Positions 51,407 to 63,440 of a stretch of 64,000 nucleotides of DNA are shown here, in pieces (position 1 is the stretch's first letter; every line of letters starts with the position of its first letter). Position numbers and translations under genes: made by a program. The DNA comes from Tubiluchus corallicola. Lineage: Eukaryota > Animalia > Priapulida. The stretch is taken from the NCBI GenBank assembly GCA_030141605.1, contig JAQGDQ010000942.1, forward strand, positions 14,764-78,763. Direction: 5' to 3'. The notes beneath the pieces were generated by a model, which was given only the letters and a program-made list of their open reading frames with translations, was not told the origin of the DNA and did no database searches.

Positions 51407-53500
51407 TTAATGTCCACTTATATTTTTGTAATGAATATTTTCCGATAAATAAATATGTAATTTGGTATTTCTTCTTACTGTTGCAATAAAAACGTCATTA
51501 TAATGCAGCGGCATTAATCCATACATCTCAACAAGTTCATTAAGACACATTGATCTGTTAAGATGATGTTTGTTTGCATATTGTAAGCCTTTAAAATGCG
51601 ACGCAAATTTATCTATTTTCAAACGTTTTCTAGGCAATACACACATTCCTACTGAATCTTGTAGGAACAGTGATACAGCAAAGTTTACAGCAATGTCATC
51701 GCAGTTGTTGTACTTGTCTATCATCCGGAAAACAGCATCTGGGAAATTATTGAAGATCTTGAAGTAGCTTCGGTGAATCAACATTGGAGCTGTAAAAATG
51801 CGTGAATAAATTCAGTGACCAAATGTAAAAAAGCTCCAGAAATTTAATGACGTCATTAGGACATCTCATTATCATCTCAAAAATCGTAATTAAAACTATT
51901 GGATTCAGAAATCAACATTGAATTCTGAACATGAACATTGAACAATATTGTTTCATGCAAGAAAGAAGCAATAGCCACACAAGGTATGATCTACAGGAAA
52001 CAGGATGAGATAACTATCAATGTCCAAGACATTTAGTCTTCAGGAAAACTATTCTGTGAAAGGGAATTTTACGGAAAGTGGAGGGAAAATGGTTCTTCGG
52101 TAGTTGTTCGACTTTTGGTTCAGAGAAGGATATGAAAAGCAGAGAAAAACGAACTTCAACTGACATCAACAGATTTGTCAGATTGCTTACAAAACAGATA
52201 CAAAACAGTCATTAATTGAGCACATAATTATTTAGAGCAAGCTTTAAATAGAAGTGATAATTGTCATGGTCACTCTAGTCACATCATGGCTCGCATATTC
52301 TGCTTCTGAGTCGTTTTTTTTTTTCAATATTTTGGTTTAGAGACTTTTACAGAGACAAACATTTTTCAGCATAACACGACACAATTTTGTCCGACAGTTA
52401 ATCGCTTTACAAGTTGTTCAAACATATTTGCAGGTTAGTTTAGAGAAAGTTTTGCTTAAAGATAGAGCGAATAGCATGGGCCGTAACAGTTTATTCAAGT
52501 GATGCCAAAAACGTGAAATAAAGTAAGAAGATAATGTATACATTATTACTTTTTATACAGATAACTACTTGGCGAATTTATACAAGCAGTAGAGATTGAA
52601 AGTCGATTAAACTTTGAATTATGTTACAGTTTTCTAAGAAAGAAATATGTAGAGTAAGTCAATAGATTATTCTTTCAAAGACAAAATCGCTTTGGTAGCC
52701 TTTTCATAGAAAAATTACATTCATTCTTCTTTCGGAACAAATAAGAGTAAAAATTCCAAGTGGATATGAGTAGGGATACAATTTTATTATCTTGAATCAG
52801 CATATAATTTGTTGTATTTGTGATTGTTGCTATTCTTCTCTTACTTTTGTCTAGTTCCTTGCTTTAATATTTTTTGTTTTTGGTGTATATGTCCGTAATT
52901 GACGTATATGTGCTTTATTGAAATGAAGCATAAAATCAAAATTAAAACGTAGAATAAAAAAATCAGTAATCGTTACTAATGTATTAAGGCAGTCATACCT
53001 GGAAGAATAATCGAATATTTGCCATTCAATGTTGATGGAACATAATTATACGATCCTCCGAGTATAGTGTGTGCACGACAAGCAAAACCAAATATTCGAT
53101 TTGGCAGCTGAAATAAAGAAAGTTGAAATTAATTAAGATGAGAACGCAAATTGGGCAAAGTATAAGCAGACTGTAAACCGAGCAAGGTTGCCAAAGTACA
53201 TTCTCTGCACGTTAGCTTTCATAACACCGGAAATATTTATATTTGGATTACTGTAATGGAAAAAATAGCCCTACCCGCGAAAAATTGTAGAAAAACATTT
53301 GGTGTTTTCATGTGTTGATTGGTCCAGAGAATAACATATCCAAATTAGGCAGATATTTGAGCACTGCTCAGGGTATTGTAATGACGTTAGCAAATGGTCG
53401 CCATGAATGGGTAGTAATTCAATGAATGGATAGTAATCAGAATTGTGAAAAATGCTCATTTTGATTTTCAACTTTGTTTAATAATAACAAAGTTATAATA

Positions 53501-53556
<56 letters not shown>

Positions 53557-53557
53557 C

Positions 53558-53619
<62 letters not shown>

Positions 53620-56600
53620 CAACAATAATAATAATAATTATAATAATAATAAGGCAGGACAATAGCAGGCGCCACTTTTAAAGTATTTGGTGTGACCCGG
53701 CTGCTGTATGAAACTCGAAAATTACGGAAAGTGGACGCGTTACCACTAGACTATGTCGTTACTAGCTTATAAGAGCTATCAGAGCATATGAAAGCTAAGA
53801 TAGCATGACCTGTGACAATATTAGACTATTGTTATAGCGCAATTTTTGGCATTACTCGATATCAGATTGATAAACTTCAACATGTAGGCTACCCAACGTA
53901 GCCGCTCGAATATTACAGACACTGTCAAAAGCCCTCAATGGTTCAGCACCATTCTACATATGCCATTTTCTAAAGCCATACAATCTCTATCTGTTCAACT
54001 AGGTGTTCTCCATCATGATCTAGACCCAAATAGTTTTAGCGTAGTAGCACCAAAATTATGGAACGACATGCAAATTCATACAAATATAATGACTAGTGTT
54101 GACAATGAATTACTAAACAGTTGATTATCATCTGTATCATAAGTAATTAGATAATTGTTAACTAATCACTAACTATTAAGCATTGATATTAACTGACGCA
54201 TCTGCATTGATATGCATTAACCAGTGGCGGCTCGTGTATGGGTACGGTGGTACTGCTGCGCTCCCACTGATTTTAGCGAATCCAGGGTTCAGCGTGGATC
54301 CGTCACAGGATGTACATGGCATACAAGTGATGACATTTCTCAGCAGATGAGATAAGTTAAAAGATCCAGAATACGAGTATGAAATATGAAGTATGAAACT
54401 TTATCGCACAACTAATAGGTCCAAACTTTCAGAAAGAAGGACATGTGATCGTGTGAAGGACATTGTTATTATCTCCACTTTAAAAAAAAGATAGACGGAT
54501 AGATACGTTTATCCTTCTTACTATCAGAAAAATTCCCCACTTAGAAGTCAACGCTCCTCATTTAAATGTTTTGTTCTGCGTGATTTTACAAATCCATTCC
54601 GAATCCCATAAATCCAAAATTGATTTTAAGCTCAAAACAAAATGAACTTTGTGTTTACGGTACACCAAAAAGGATACTGACTAGGTGCAAAGACCTTACT
54701 GAATAGAACAATCGCAAATTCTGATTTAAATGTCAATTAGGGTGCTGGTAAGAAGTCCATGACTTGACAGCTTCACTAATGTATAAAATTTGTTTCCTAA
54801 TTTAAGCGTCTGACTTTATGTGGCTTTCTTCACAAAATGTTTTTCAAATCATTGTATTACATATCTGTGTGTATTGCAATGTATCTAAAAATTTTGTTAT
54901 GTTATGTTACGTTACGCTATGTGTTACTGAACTGGAGATTATCATGTAAAAGTAGTTAAGTAGGTAATCGTAAACTAATCATTAACTACTAAAATTGTCA
55001 TAACTGCAACGACATCACTAACGTCTGTAATAACAATATTGAAATCTAAATGTAATTAAAGTACTTGGATTTTCTGAACAGCAGTTACAGAATTTGTACT
55101 CTTAAATGAGAATCACCTTACACAAAATGGCTATTAACCGCCGTTCGTCACTCCCTACACCATACCAATCAATATTACATAATAATACATAACGTAAACA
55201 CGGACTGAATATTCGCAATAAAGTCATCTATAACTAAAATTGCAAAAACACAAACTATAAGTATAATGTCACGTGTCTTTTAGGCCATCCTGTAAAATTT
55301 TCAGTTCAATTCGAACCTACGTTTACTTCCACATACACGATATAAACTAGACAAATAAAATATATGTAAATATCATAACTGAAAAGGATAGCGAAGACCG
55401 TAATGGTCAATCAATCGAGCCGTCATTTAATGAATGAAAGCACTACTGAGATGGCAGTATAACTATTTCATTCAAGTATAATGTGATGATATAATACTAT
55501 TTTACTTAGCAACTTAATCATTTTAAATTTGTTTGATGATTGACTGATAATTGCTTCAACTAACTTTAAATAATTCTCCAATTAAAACATCGACACATCC
55601 GTATGAAAGTAAAATAAAGTCTGTTTATGATAGTGGTTATAGCTGCTGGCTAATTATCGTTGCTTGTTGTGGTGGTGGCTGAGGCTGGTGAAGTTTGAGT
55701 GCGGAACAGCCACGATTGGCATGGCAAGCTACCAAGACTTTGTTTAGCAAACTATACCTTTATTAAATAATAAACTCAGACAGCAATAAATAATAATAAA
55801 TAGATAGCAATGCCAGCCCTCTGTCTTCAAGACTGCTCCTAATATCGTCTACCCGAGGTGCGGGCCTCAATTCCTTTTGTCTAATTACATAAAGCGCACT
55901 GACCTTCCGCGCATAGCGGTTACATCATCAATCTATACTCCTGTTTTAGCCACTTTTGTTATAATGGCAGTACAAGCACTAATTAGGTAATTAATTGTTG
56001 AATTAATTAATTCCCCGACTACGGGAGCTTTGGCTGGGTCGGAATGGCTATGACGAATACCAGAGTGACCTCAGACCACGAAATACGCGTTGTGAAGAAA
56101 ATCTGTATCTCCCTAGTTTACTAGATGGGCTCCTCAATAAGCTGCTTCAGTGTGAATATGGTCCGTGTTAGGTTCGTGCAACAGATAGTGTTTTTTCGAG
56201 TTTGCAAAACATCGAAGCAATTCCCGTTCGTACAAGTCAATGTAAGTGCAATATTAACTGTATATACGGTTTATTAGTTATACATGGCTGATAAACTGGT
56301 GGTTTTAACAATAACCATTTAAATAGATTCACAAATTGAGTTCAGAATCAACCAACGGAATTTCACAACTACTGTGTATCGGTACAACTTCAATAAGTTC
56401 ACAAATAATTTAGTGACAACAGTTTGTTTAATTAACATCATACAGCCTTCAACAGTTAAGTACAAGGTTATTATTGCCAAATATGTAATATATAAGATCA
56501 CTTAACTCTGGGACTGGTCAACTAACAAGTCCCTATAATTGCCCCAGTCCTGTTCGTAATAAGAACCTCTCTGAGCTTCAGAGGTTGGTTAAATCCAACG

Positions 56601-59600
56601 ACGCAGATGAAGTCTATGCTGAGCAAAAGAAACGATAGATCCTACATTCAGAGTTCCTGGCTGAGAGTCCACCCCGTGACACCTTCCTGACATCGACCAA
56701 AAAGCCCTGATTTCTCATCGTCACTCCCTTATAAATGCCTCTCGGTCATGTGACAAGATGCACCCCATGGCTGGTTATCAGAGCATTCTGACTTCTGAGC
56801 ACTTCGTCACCCTGATCATCTGGGCATCTCGACTTTAAGCGATTCGATACTTTTTACTGCTTGTGGGACAGAATCCTAGAATGTCACTGTTCCAAAATTC
56901 ATAGCCCTGCTTTCAGCCCTCATTAACCGTTTACTAAATTAGCCCGGAGTTTGTCTCTTCGTCCACATGGTCGGGTTCTGACTACAGTCTTCTCAATTAA
57001 GAACAATAGGGTAACACCAGTTAATTAGTTGGACCAGTAGGACCGAGTACCATCCTCTTCATTCCGTGGACCCTGCTAACGATCTTCAAATTAAATTACA
57101 AGTTCACGCCTATGACTGCAATACGAATCAATATAGGCCAACCTTCCCTTAAGTTTTATAGAGTTCATCATGTGGTTACATTTCTATTTGCCTATAGCTT
57201 TATTTTTCTATTATCAACCAGTTGTCAGAAACGTTTTCATAAGTGTTTTAAATGCGAGGGAGAAGCTGAGTGAGTTCTGCTCTATGCACTGAATAGTCTT
57301 CATTCTGATGATATCTATTCATTAATTGGTTTCGATAAATCTCTCTAATGAATGATTTAATATTCCAAGATAAATTCATAACACCTGACTAAGTACGCCG
57401 AACATCAGCTGATCATCACGTGATATGTTAATGTTTGCCTTAATGTTACTTACCAACCTCCAAACATCGTAAGCTCTTAATAAATCTTCTTCACCCACAA
57501 GTGTATCGTCATCACAAATTAATACAGCTGAAATATACAAATTATAAAAGTGAGGGATGTCCTGTGTCTGTAAATTATTTTTACATTTATTTACATTTAA
57601 TACAAGGACAAGTAGAGATAAATGATTACATGATAAGTCACAATACATGAAAATGAAAACAAGCTGTTGCAGCTTTTACAACCGACTGTGCGGCCTCCAC
57701 GTGCTTTAAAACAAATAATTTACACAATAAAACCTCAGCAAAGAAAAGACAAAGAAGTTGTCATCTTTGTTGAATCTGTTATGCAACATGCGACACATAA
57801 TTTGATGACGTAGCTACTCGTCATGCACCCGTATACCAAGTATTCACGTATTTACTTCATGAAAAACTCGCAGTCAGCATCAGTTTATCCTCACACAACA
57901 TAATAAAATCAGCACCTGCATTACTCAGCGTAAGTCACGTGACGATTTATTTCCGGCTTTTACCTCACTGATTACTATGTTGTGGTAACTATTACAGGAT
58001 TGATTCAGGAATTTAAGAGGAATATTCGTTTGCCCTGAATTTAACGAGCTAGAGGCGTGTTTATATAAACCTTGTTGTTCAATCCCATGGCCGCTCTTAA
58101 GAAAAGTGTAAAATCTTAAGCGGTTGCATTAATGGATAACTGCATGTGAGTTATTCAAAAAAAATCATTGTACCTCTTTGCTTCCCAACCACCTTTTAAG
58201 GCTTTCTCCCACCACTCACACTGCTTGTCTCCATGGTGTCTTGTTATCTGACCTTACGGTATATTGTTATCTTACATTTACTAAAAGCATCATCCAATGC
58301 TACTTACCTTCTGTCATTATCTTGGCTGGAATTTTCCACCGATTTGCCAGTGTATTTGTTTGTGGCTTAAATATAATCAATTCCTTTCCCCGGCTTTCCA
58401 CAGTTTGAGCTAGAAAATTTGGCACCACTTCACCTAAACAAAATGCTTTGCTTATGGAGGAAGTTTCGAAGTAATATAATTTTTCAAGACGATTTTTCTG
58501 AAACCTACTTCGGGTATCCCTTTTCTTGTCATTTAATGAAAATTAATTTTGTAGCCAGGGACTCCACGTAGCTGGATATATTAAAGTGTTTGTATGATCC
58601 TGTTCTGTTGTCATTATACTGTTCTGTAATGTATGTGAACGATCTGTCTTGAGCAAGCAAATTTATCATTAGAACTATGCCACACAGATGTAAGCTTCTT
58701 TCTATTTAATTTTTACTTTGATTTACTCATTGATATTTTTCATCGAATAATTAACTGTCAAACAAGCTAAACTATCTAACTTTTCACAAAGTTGACCAAA
58801 GTCAGTCGATTTTGCTCTTCTATTTTAATTTTAAATATTGTAGAAATCTAGATCAGTGGTTTACATGAAATTCAACTGAGACTTGAAGATTTGTCATAAA
58901 TGCCACTAGCAGTAGCAACTCATTATACTGACTGTATATGAACTGTATTTAATCAGATTTTACATTTTATTACAAAAGCAAAAAAATCAAAATAAGGTAA
59001 TTTTGGAAAGAATTTCTCAAAAGTTAACTTGCGATCTGTCCAAAAGAAAAGCAATAGAGCAACAACAACCACAAGTAAATGTCAACTAAGATGTTGTTTG
59101 ATTTGCGAATATCCACATTATACTGATTGAAATAGCGGATAAAGAAGTAAACAGTATTTTTTTCACCCTTGATTTTAGAAAAGATCCAGATCAATTTCAG
59201 TATCCCCACACTGAGATCTATTTTCGTTGGGTGAACAATACTTCACATGAACATTGTCGTTAGAAACGCTAGATAGAGTAGCAAGAAAACCTTTAGCAGG
59301 ATTTGATAAAATAACGTCAACAGTGGGTGAACGTATTTTCATTGATTCTAATACACGGGATGTTTTAGAATGTGTTTCGTACAATGTAATCTTCTTTCGC
59401 AGCTTCTTACTCATATATTATTTAAAAAATCACAAAAGGGGTACTTGTATTTATCTATACTACATTACTAACTTACTTACCTATATTGTGCCAAACTATG
59501 ATCACCTTTTCCACAGAATCCATATTTGCAAATCTATTAAGTACTTCTTTAAGCAAATCATTGCGCTTGTACGTTAACATCACAATTGTAAATGCAGGGA

Positions 59601-59751
59601 ATTTACTTATGTTTGACGAGGGAAAAAACGGTCTATTCGTCGAACGATAGATATTTTCTTTTACTGAAATATTCATGTGGTTTATTAAAAAGAGAAACAC
59701 GGCGACGCAAAACAGCCAAGGTACGAACTTTGCCAGCAAAATGTGTTTCAT
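51407..59751 (-). CDS. EXTL2: Exostosin-like 2 (GT64 alpha-1,4-N-acetylhexosaminyltransferase)-like, 5 exons, 320 aa
   Basis: Exons 59751-59481, 58433-58308, 57527-57454, 53107-52999, 51789-51407 (963 nt, phases 1,1,0,1, all GT-AG). N-terminal TM. Motifs FTIVMLTYKR.DLL, KVIIVWHNIGE, NTLANRW, TEAVLICDDDTL, PNRIFGF..RAH, YSIIL, NCDDIAVNF, H.LNRSMCLNELV..YG.MPL.Y match single-domain GT64 (EXTL2). Confidence 0.93.
53478..53650. repeat. (AAT)n microsatellite
   Basis: About 55 triplets; source of the poly-N/L/I/Y pseudo-ORFs. Confidence 0.97.
53651..53753 (-). mobile_element. tRNA-derived SINE 5' fragment
   Basis: Minus strand atagtctagtggtaa (A-box-like), degenerate B-box, then ccgggtcacaccaaatactttaaaagtgg, a core I recognise from widespread metazoan tRNA-SINEs. 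Confidence 0.55.
55665..55924 (-). mobile_element. Short solo LTR-like element
   Basis: Minus strand TGTAACCG...AATAAA...CCACAACA; no TSD seen. Confidence 0.35.
55957..57383 (-). mobile_element. Solo LTR-like element, family A copy 3, in intron 3 of the EXTL2-like gene
   Basis: Minus strand TGTTATGAATTTA...TATAACA. 55975-56200 matches the reverse complement of 3290-3510 (ccacgaaatacgcgttg, aatctgtatctccctagtt). Confidence 0.75.
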
Positions 59752-60359
59752 TTTTCGAATTCCATAATAATGTTTATTAATACAATGTTCTAACGTTAAT
59801 TAGAAATTATGCAGTCGCACAATGCTACATAACCCACGAGGTTATGTAAACCTCGAGGAACACTAAACCCCGAGGAAGTTTTGCAATCGCGCACGGCAAT
59901 TCACATTTTGTCAGGCCGTGATATTAATTTAATTTAATTTATTCCTCTACTTCAGATTTTTGCCTATATAACAAGCAATTACGCCATTCACCCAATCACA
60001 ATAAAATATTATTAAACTTTATTAAAATATGGTTAAAGTTTATCTGAACTATCCCTCAAACAACCACCAACAACAGTGAGTCACGGTTAACCACCTTGAT
60101 TGGTAACTAGTGAAAATACGAAATGGCGGAAGCTAGTTTCATATGCCAAGGTGTCCTCAATTTTACACGAGTGTTCCATAGTAGGTCAAAGGAAAAAACT
60201 CTAAAGCATGAAATACCTTCAGTGTGGTAGAGAATACAAACAGCAACCAGATTTGTAGGCCAAGTAAACAGTGTAGTAAATTGGGCGAAGCTTTACTTTT
60301 TTCATGTAAATCGCAATCCGTAAAAGAATGAAAGCCAGGCAATGTTAAACAAAGTCTAA

Positions 60360-60640
60360 TTCCAAATTTTGACCAAGCAGCCTATGAAAAAACCTTCTGG
60401 CGGCGCCTAGTGGGACTCTCAGAAAGAGATATATGACTCTTTAGAAAGAGCAAGGATAGGGCTGTACGATGATATCTTTTAGTATGTCCACCAAGAGGAA
60501 AGACGACGAGTTAATTAGATGTTCTCTTTTTGTCAGTTTTTGCTTGGAAAACTGCTGACGCAAAGCAACTGATCTGACGTCACCCATTATACTCTGTCTA
60601 TAGCTTTAATTTAGTAAAAGCTGCTGCTACTGGCTTTTAT
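60360..60640 (+). mobile_element. Internal fragment of the same Helitron family as 49418-51088
   Basis: aaattttgacca...gcggcgcct.gtgggactctc.gaa.gagatat...ctctttagaa...aaaactgctgacgcaaagc...tgacgtca aligns with 49809-50075. Confidence 0.85.
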
Positions 60641-60673
60641 AATGTGAGTGTTATAATGTTGATCTTTTAATAT

Positions 60674-61015
60674 TGTTACGGAGGCACCTGTGTCGGGTCA
60701 GGTGTTGGGCCCTCTACACGCCCTGCTTCCACGTCAGCAGCGACTCACCCCTTTCTTGTAGGTCCAGATGTCTTGTTTGGGCCTACACGTGGTGTGAGAA
60801 GCCAGCTGACCTGGAATGCCAGTATAAAAGCGTGTAGAGGTCACTACAGCCTTGATTTCTGACACAGGTGCTCCTCGGGTGTAGTGCTGTTACTGAGTTA
60901 GTTAGTTATTTTTTGTGCACGTGTATTTTGGTTCCTTATTTTTATTAGTGCTGTTAATAAACTCCGTACAGTGTAGTTCTAAATTCTAGTTGCTCCCATA
61001 GAGTCAGTTATTGCA
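60674..61015 (+). mobile_element. Short solo LTR-like element (~340 bp)
   Basis: Begins TGTTACGG, has TATAAAA at ~60823 and AATAAA at ~60956, ends ...TTGCA. GC-rich island in AT-rich DNA. Confidence 0.5.
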
Positions 61016-61729
61016 AAATGCAGAAAGTCAATGTGGCAAAATGTAGAACATATGTACACTGCTGTTAAAAGTTATTGTTTTTGGGGTGCTAAAATAAACT
61101 TAATTTTTTTTTATGTGAACGAATAATTACACTACACCACGAGCGCCTATTTCAAGCTTTCAGGAACAAGTTTTTGTATTTTTAGCCCTGCCATTTTTGT
61201 AAGAGCAAAATCTTCGTAGAGTATTCTTTTACAAGCTCAACAATAGCGCATACGTTCAGTAAGAAAAATTATGAATCCATTTAATTTATTTTAATCTGTC
61301 GTTGTTCCTAACTCTTATCTTGGCATCTTTTTCCAGGTTTGACGTATTTTGCACAAGTGTGAATTTGTCCAAATACATTTCATTACTTCACAAACATGCA
61401 GGAAACTATTCATTCGTGTTTAGTATTTCACAACAAACAGTGACATAATTTACTGTGGCTCTAAAAGTTACTGTGTCAAACATTTGCAATAGCATTTGTT
61501 CAAACAATCAGCGTTGTTTCACACGAATCTGTTTTTACACATTGGATTTGAGCTATTAGGCACAAATGTTAAAATCTTTCATGTTATTTTCAGTCTTTTC
61601 ATAAACTTTTCCACATTTTTCAAAATTTATTTTCTTGCACTTGTTCTGGCACCTCTCCCTGTGGGCTCTCAATGATAAGACATGATAATGATCTGACATG
61701 ATAAGCACTCTTTTTGCAAAGGAGATTAA

Positions 61730-62330
61730 ATTTTACTTATTTTCTATGCAACCACACATATTTACTTATTTTCTAAGCATCCACACATATGCATGCTAGA
61801 GACTTTGCGCAACCATATTTTCTGTTGGCCATTTTTCCAGATAAATGTGGGTACCAGTTCAGATGGAGGTTGATAATTCAAGTTTCCTGTTAACAAAGAA
61901 GTTTGTGTGAAATTTGTAAGAAGTTTGAGAGATCATAGATGTTTGCAAAACTTCTTTAGACTGACAATCCTCATTTCATCAAAATTTTAAAGCAAATAAC
62001 GTTGATAGATCGCGTCATTTTCAGGGATTATATTAAAGTGCCTATGATTTCGTGGGAAGAGATTACGCAGCTCTCTACCCTCCTCTCAACAACTTGTCTC
62101 AAGAGAATGAAAGTGGGGATTTTTTTTTGCAAAAATTAATTATTAGTGTAATAAAAGTATAAAGCTTGTGGAAACAAAAGCAGAGTGACAGCGCCATCGT
62201 CGTCGTCATCATCATCATCGTCGTCATCATCATCATCATCTTTTTCATCGTCGTTGTTGTCGTTGTCATTGTCGTCGTCGTCATCATCACCAACACAGCA
62301 ACAACAATAACTAGAGTGACAGTCAAACGC
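61730..62330 (-). repeat. Inverted copy of the composite repeat at 16730-17420 (with about 2 units of the 29-bp repeat)
   Basis: tttacttattttctatgcaaccacacata is the reverse complement of the 29-bp unit. Core and microsatellite are collinear. Confidence 0.85.
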
Positions 62331-62339
62331 CAGATGTGT

Positions 62340-62935
62340 CATTTGCGTCAGCTTTGAGATATAAAGTACTACCATGACTGGTCATTTTTGCGCCAAATTA
62401 TTGACTGATTGTAACAACTCTAGTCCGCAATGCGAAGCATTGAATTATTCGTGCACGGATTTGCGTCAGCTTTGAGATATGAAGTACTACAATGACAGGG
62501 CATTTTTGTGCCAAATTTTAGTTTTGTAGCTGCTGTTAAAGTCGACTGATTGTTACTGATACAGTCAAGAATGCGAAGCATTGCCTAACTCGATTACTGA
62601 TTTGCATCAGCTTTGAGATACAAAGTACTACCATGACTGGTCATTTTTGTGCCAAATTTTAGTTTACTAACTGCCGTAAAAGTCGACTGATTGTTTCAGA
62701 TGTAGACCGGAATGTGAAGCATTGGGATATTCAAGCACTGATTTCCGTCAGCTTTGAGATATGAAGTACTACCATGACAGATTATTTTTGTGCCAAATTT
62801 TAGTTTACTAACTGCCGTAAAAGTCGACTGATTGTTCCAGATATAGTCCGGAATGTGAAGCATTGCATTACTCGATTACTGAGTTGCGTCAGCTTTGAGA
62901 TACAAAGCACTGCCATGACAGGTCATTTTAGTGAC
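62340..62935. repeat. ~140-bp tandem repeat, ~4.5 copies
   Basis: tcagctttgagata..aagtactaccatgac.g..cattttt.tgccaaatt recurs at ~62345, 62463, 62603, 62746 and 62886. Confidence 0.9.
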
Positions 62936-62939
62936 AGGA

Positions 62940-63440
62940 CATGTTACTTACATTCTGTGCAACTGCACTTAATTACTTACATTCTGCACAGCCGCACTTA
63001 ATTACTTATTTTCTGCACAACTGCACTGTATTACTTATTTTCTGCACAACCGCACTTAATTACTTATTTTCTACACAACCGCACATTTTTGTTGACAATC
63101 ACAACAACTGCCACACTTATTTACTTACATTCTGCACAACTGCACTTAATTACTTTATTTCTGTGCAACTATACTTTTTTGCTAATTATCACAACAACCG
63201 CACTTAAGTACTTACATTCTGCACAACAGCACTTGGTTACTTATTTTCTGTACACTGCACTTATTTACTTACTTTTCTGCACAACTGCACTTAATTACTT
63301 ATTTTCTGCACAACCGCACTTTTTTGCTAAGTATCACAACAACTGTCGCACTTATTTACTTATTACTGCACAATCACACTTTTTCACTAATTATCACAAC
63401 AACCGCACTTTTTACTTAATTTCTACACAACCGCACTAAC
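62940..63440. repeat. Diverged ~29-bp tandem array related to the 17365-18560 unit (reverse complement)
   Basis: ttacttattttctgcacaaccgcacttaa-type units. Confidence 0.8.

Noticed and set aside
53437-53675. Poly-L/I/N/Y ORFs; similarly poly-H/D/M ORFs at 11.8, 16.7 and 62.1 kb
   Set aside because: Microsatellite translations.
54222-54300. CAGTGGCGG hAT-like terminus
   Set aside because: No matching second terminus or TSD identified.
59175-59414. 79-aa minus-strand ORF as candidate EXTL2-like exon 2
   Set aside because: No suitable donor. Exon 58433-58308 has correct phases, canonical splice sites and the expected IIFKPQTNTLANRW motif.
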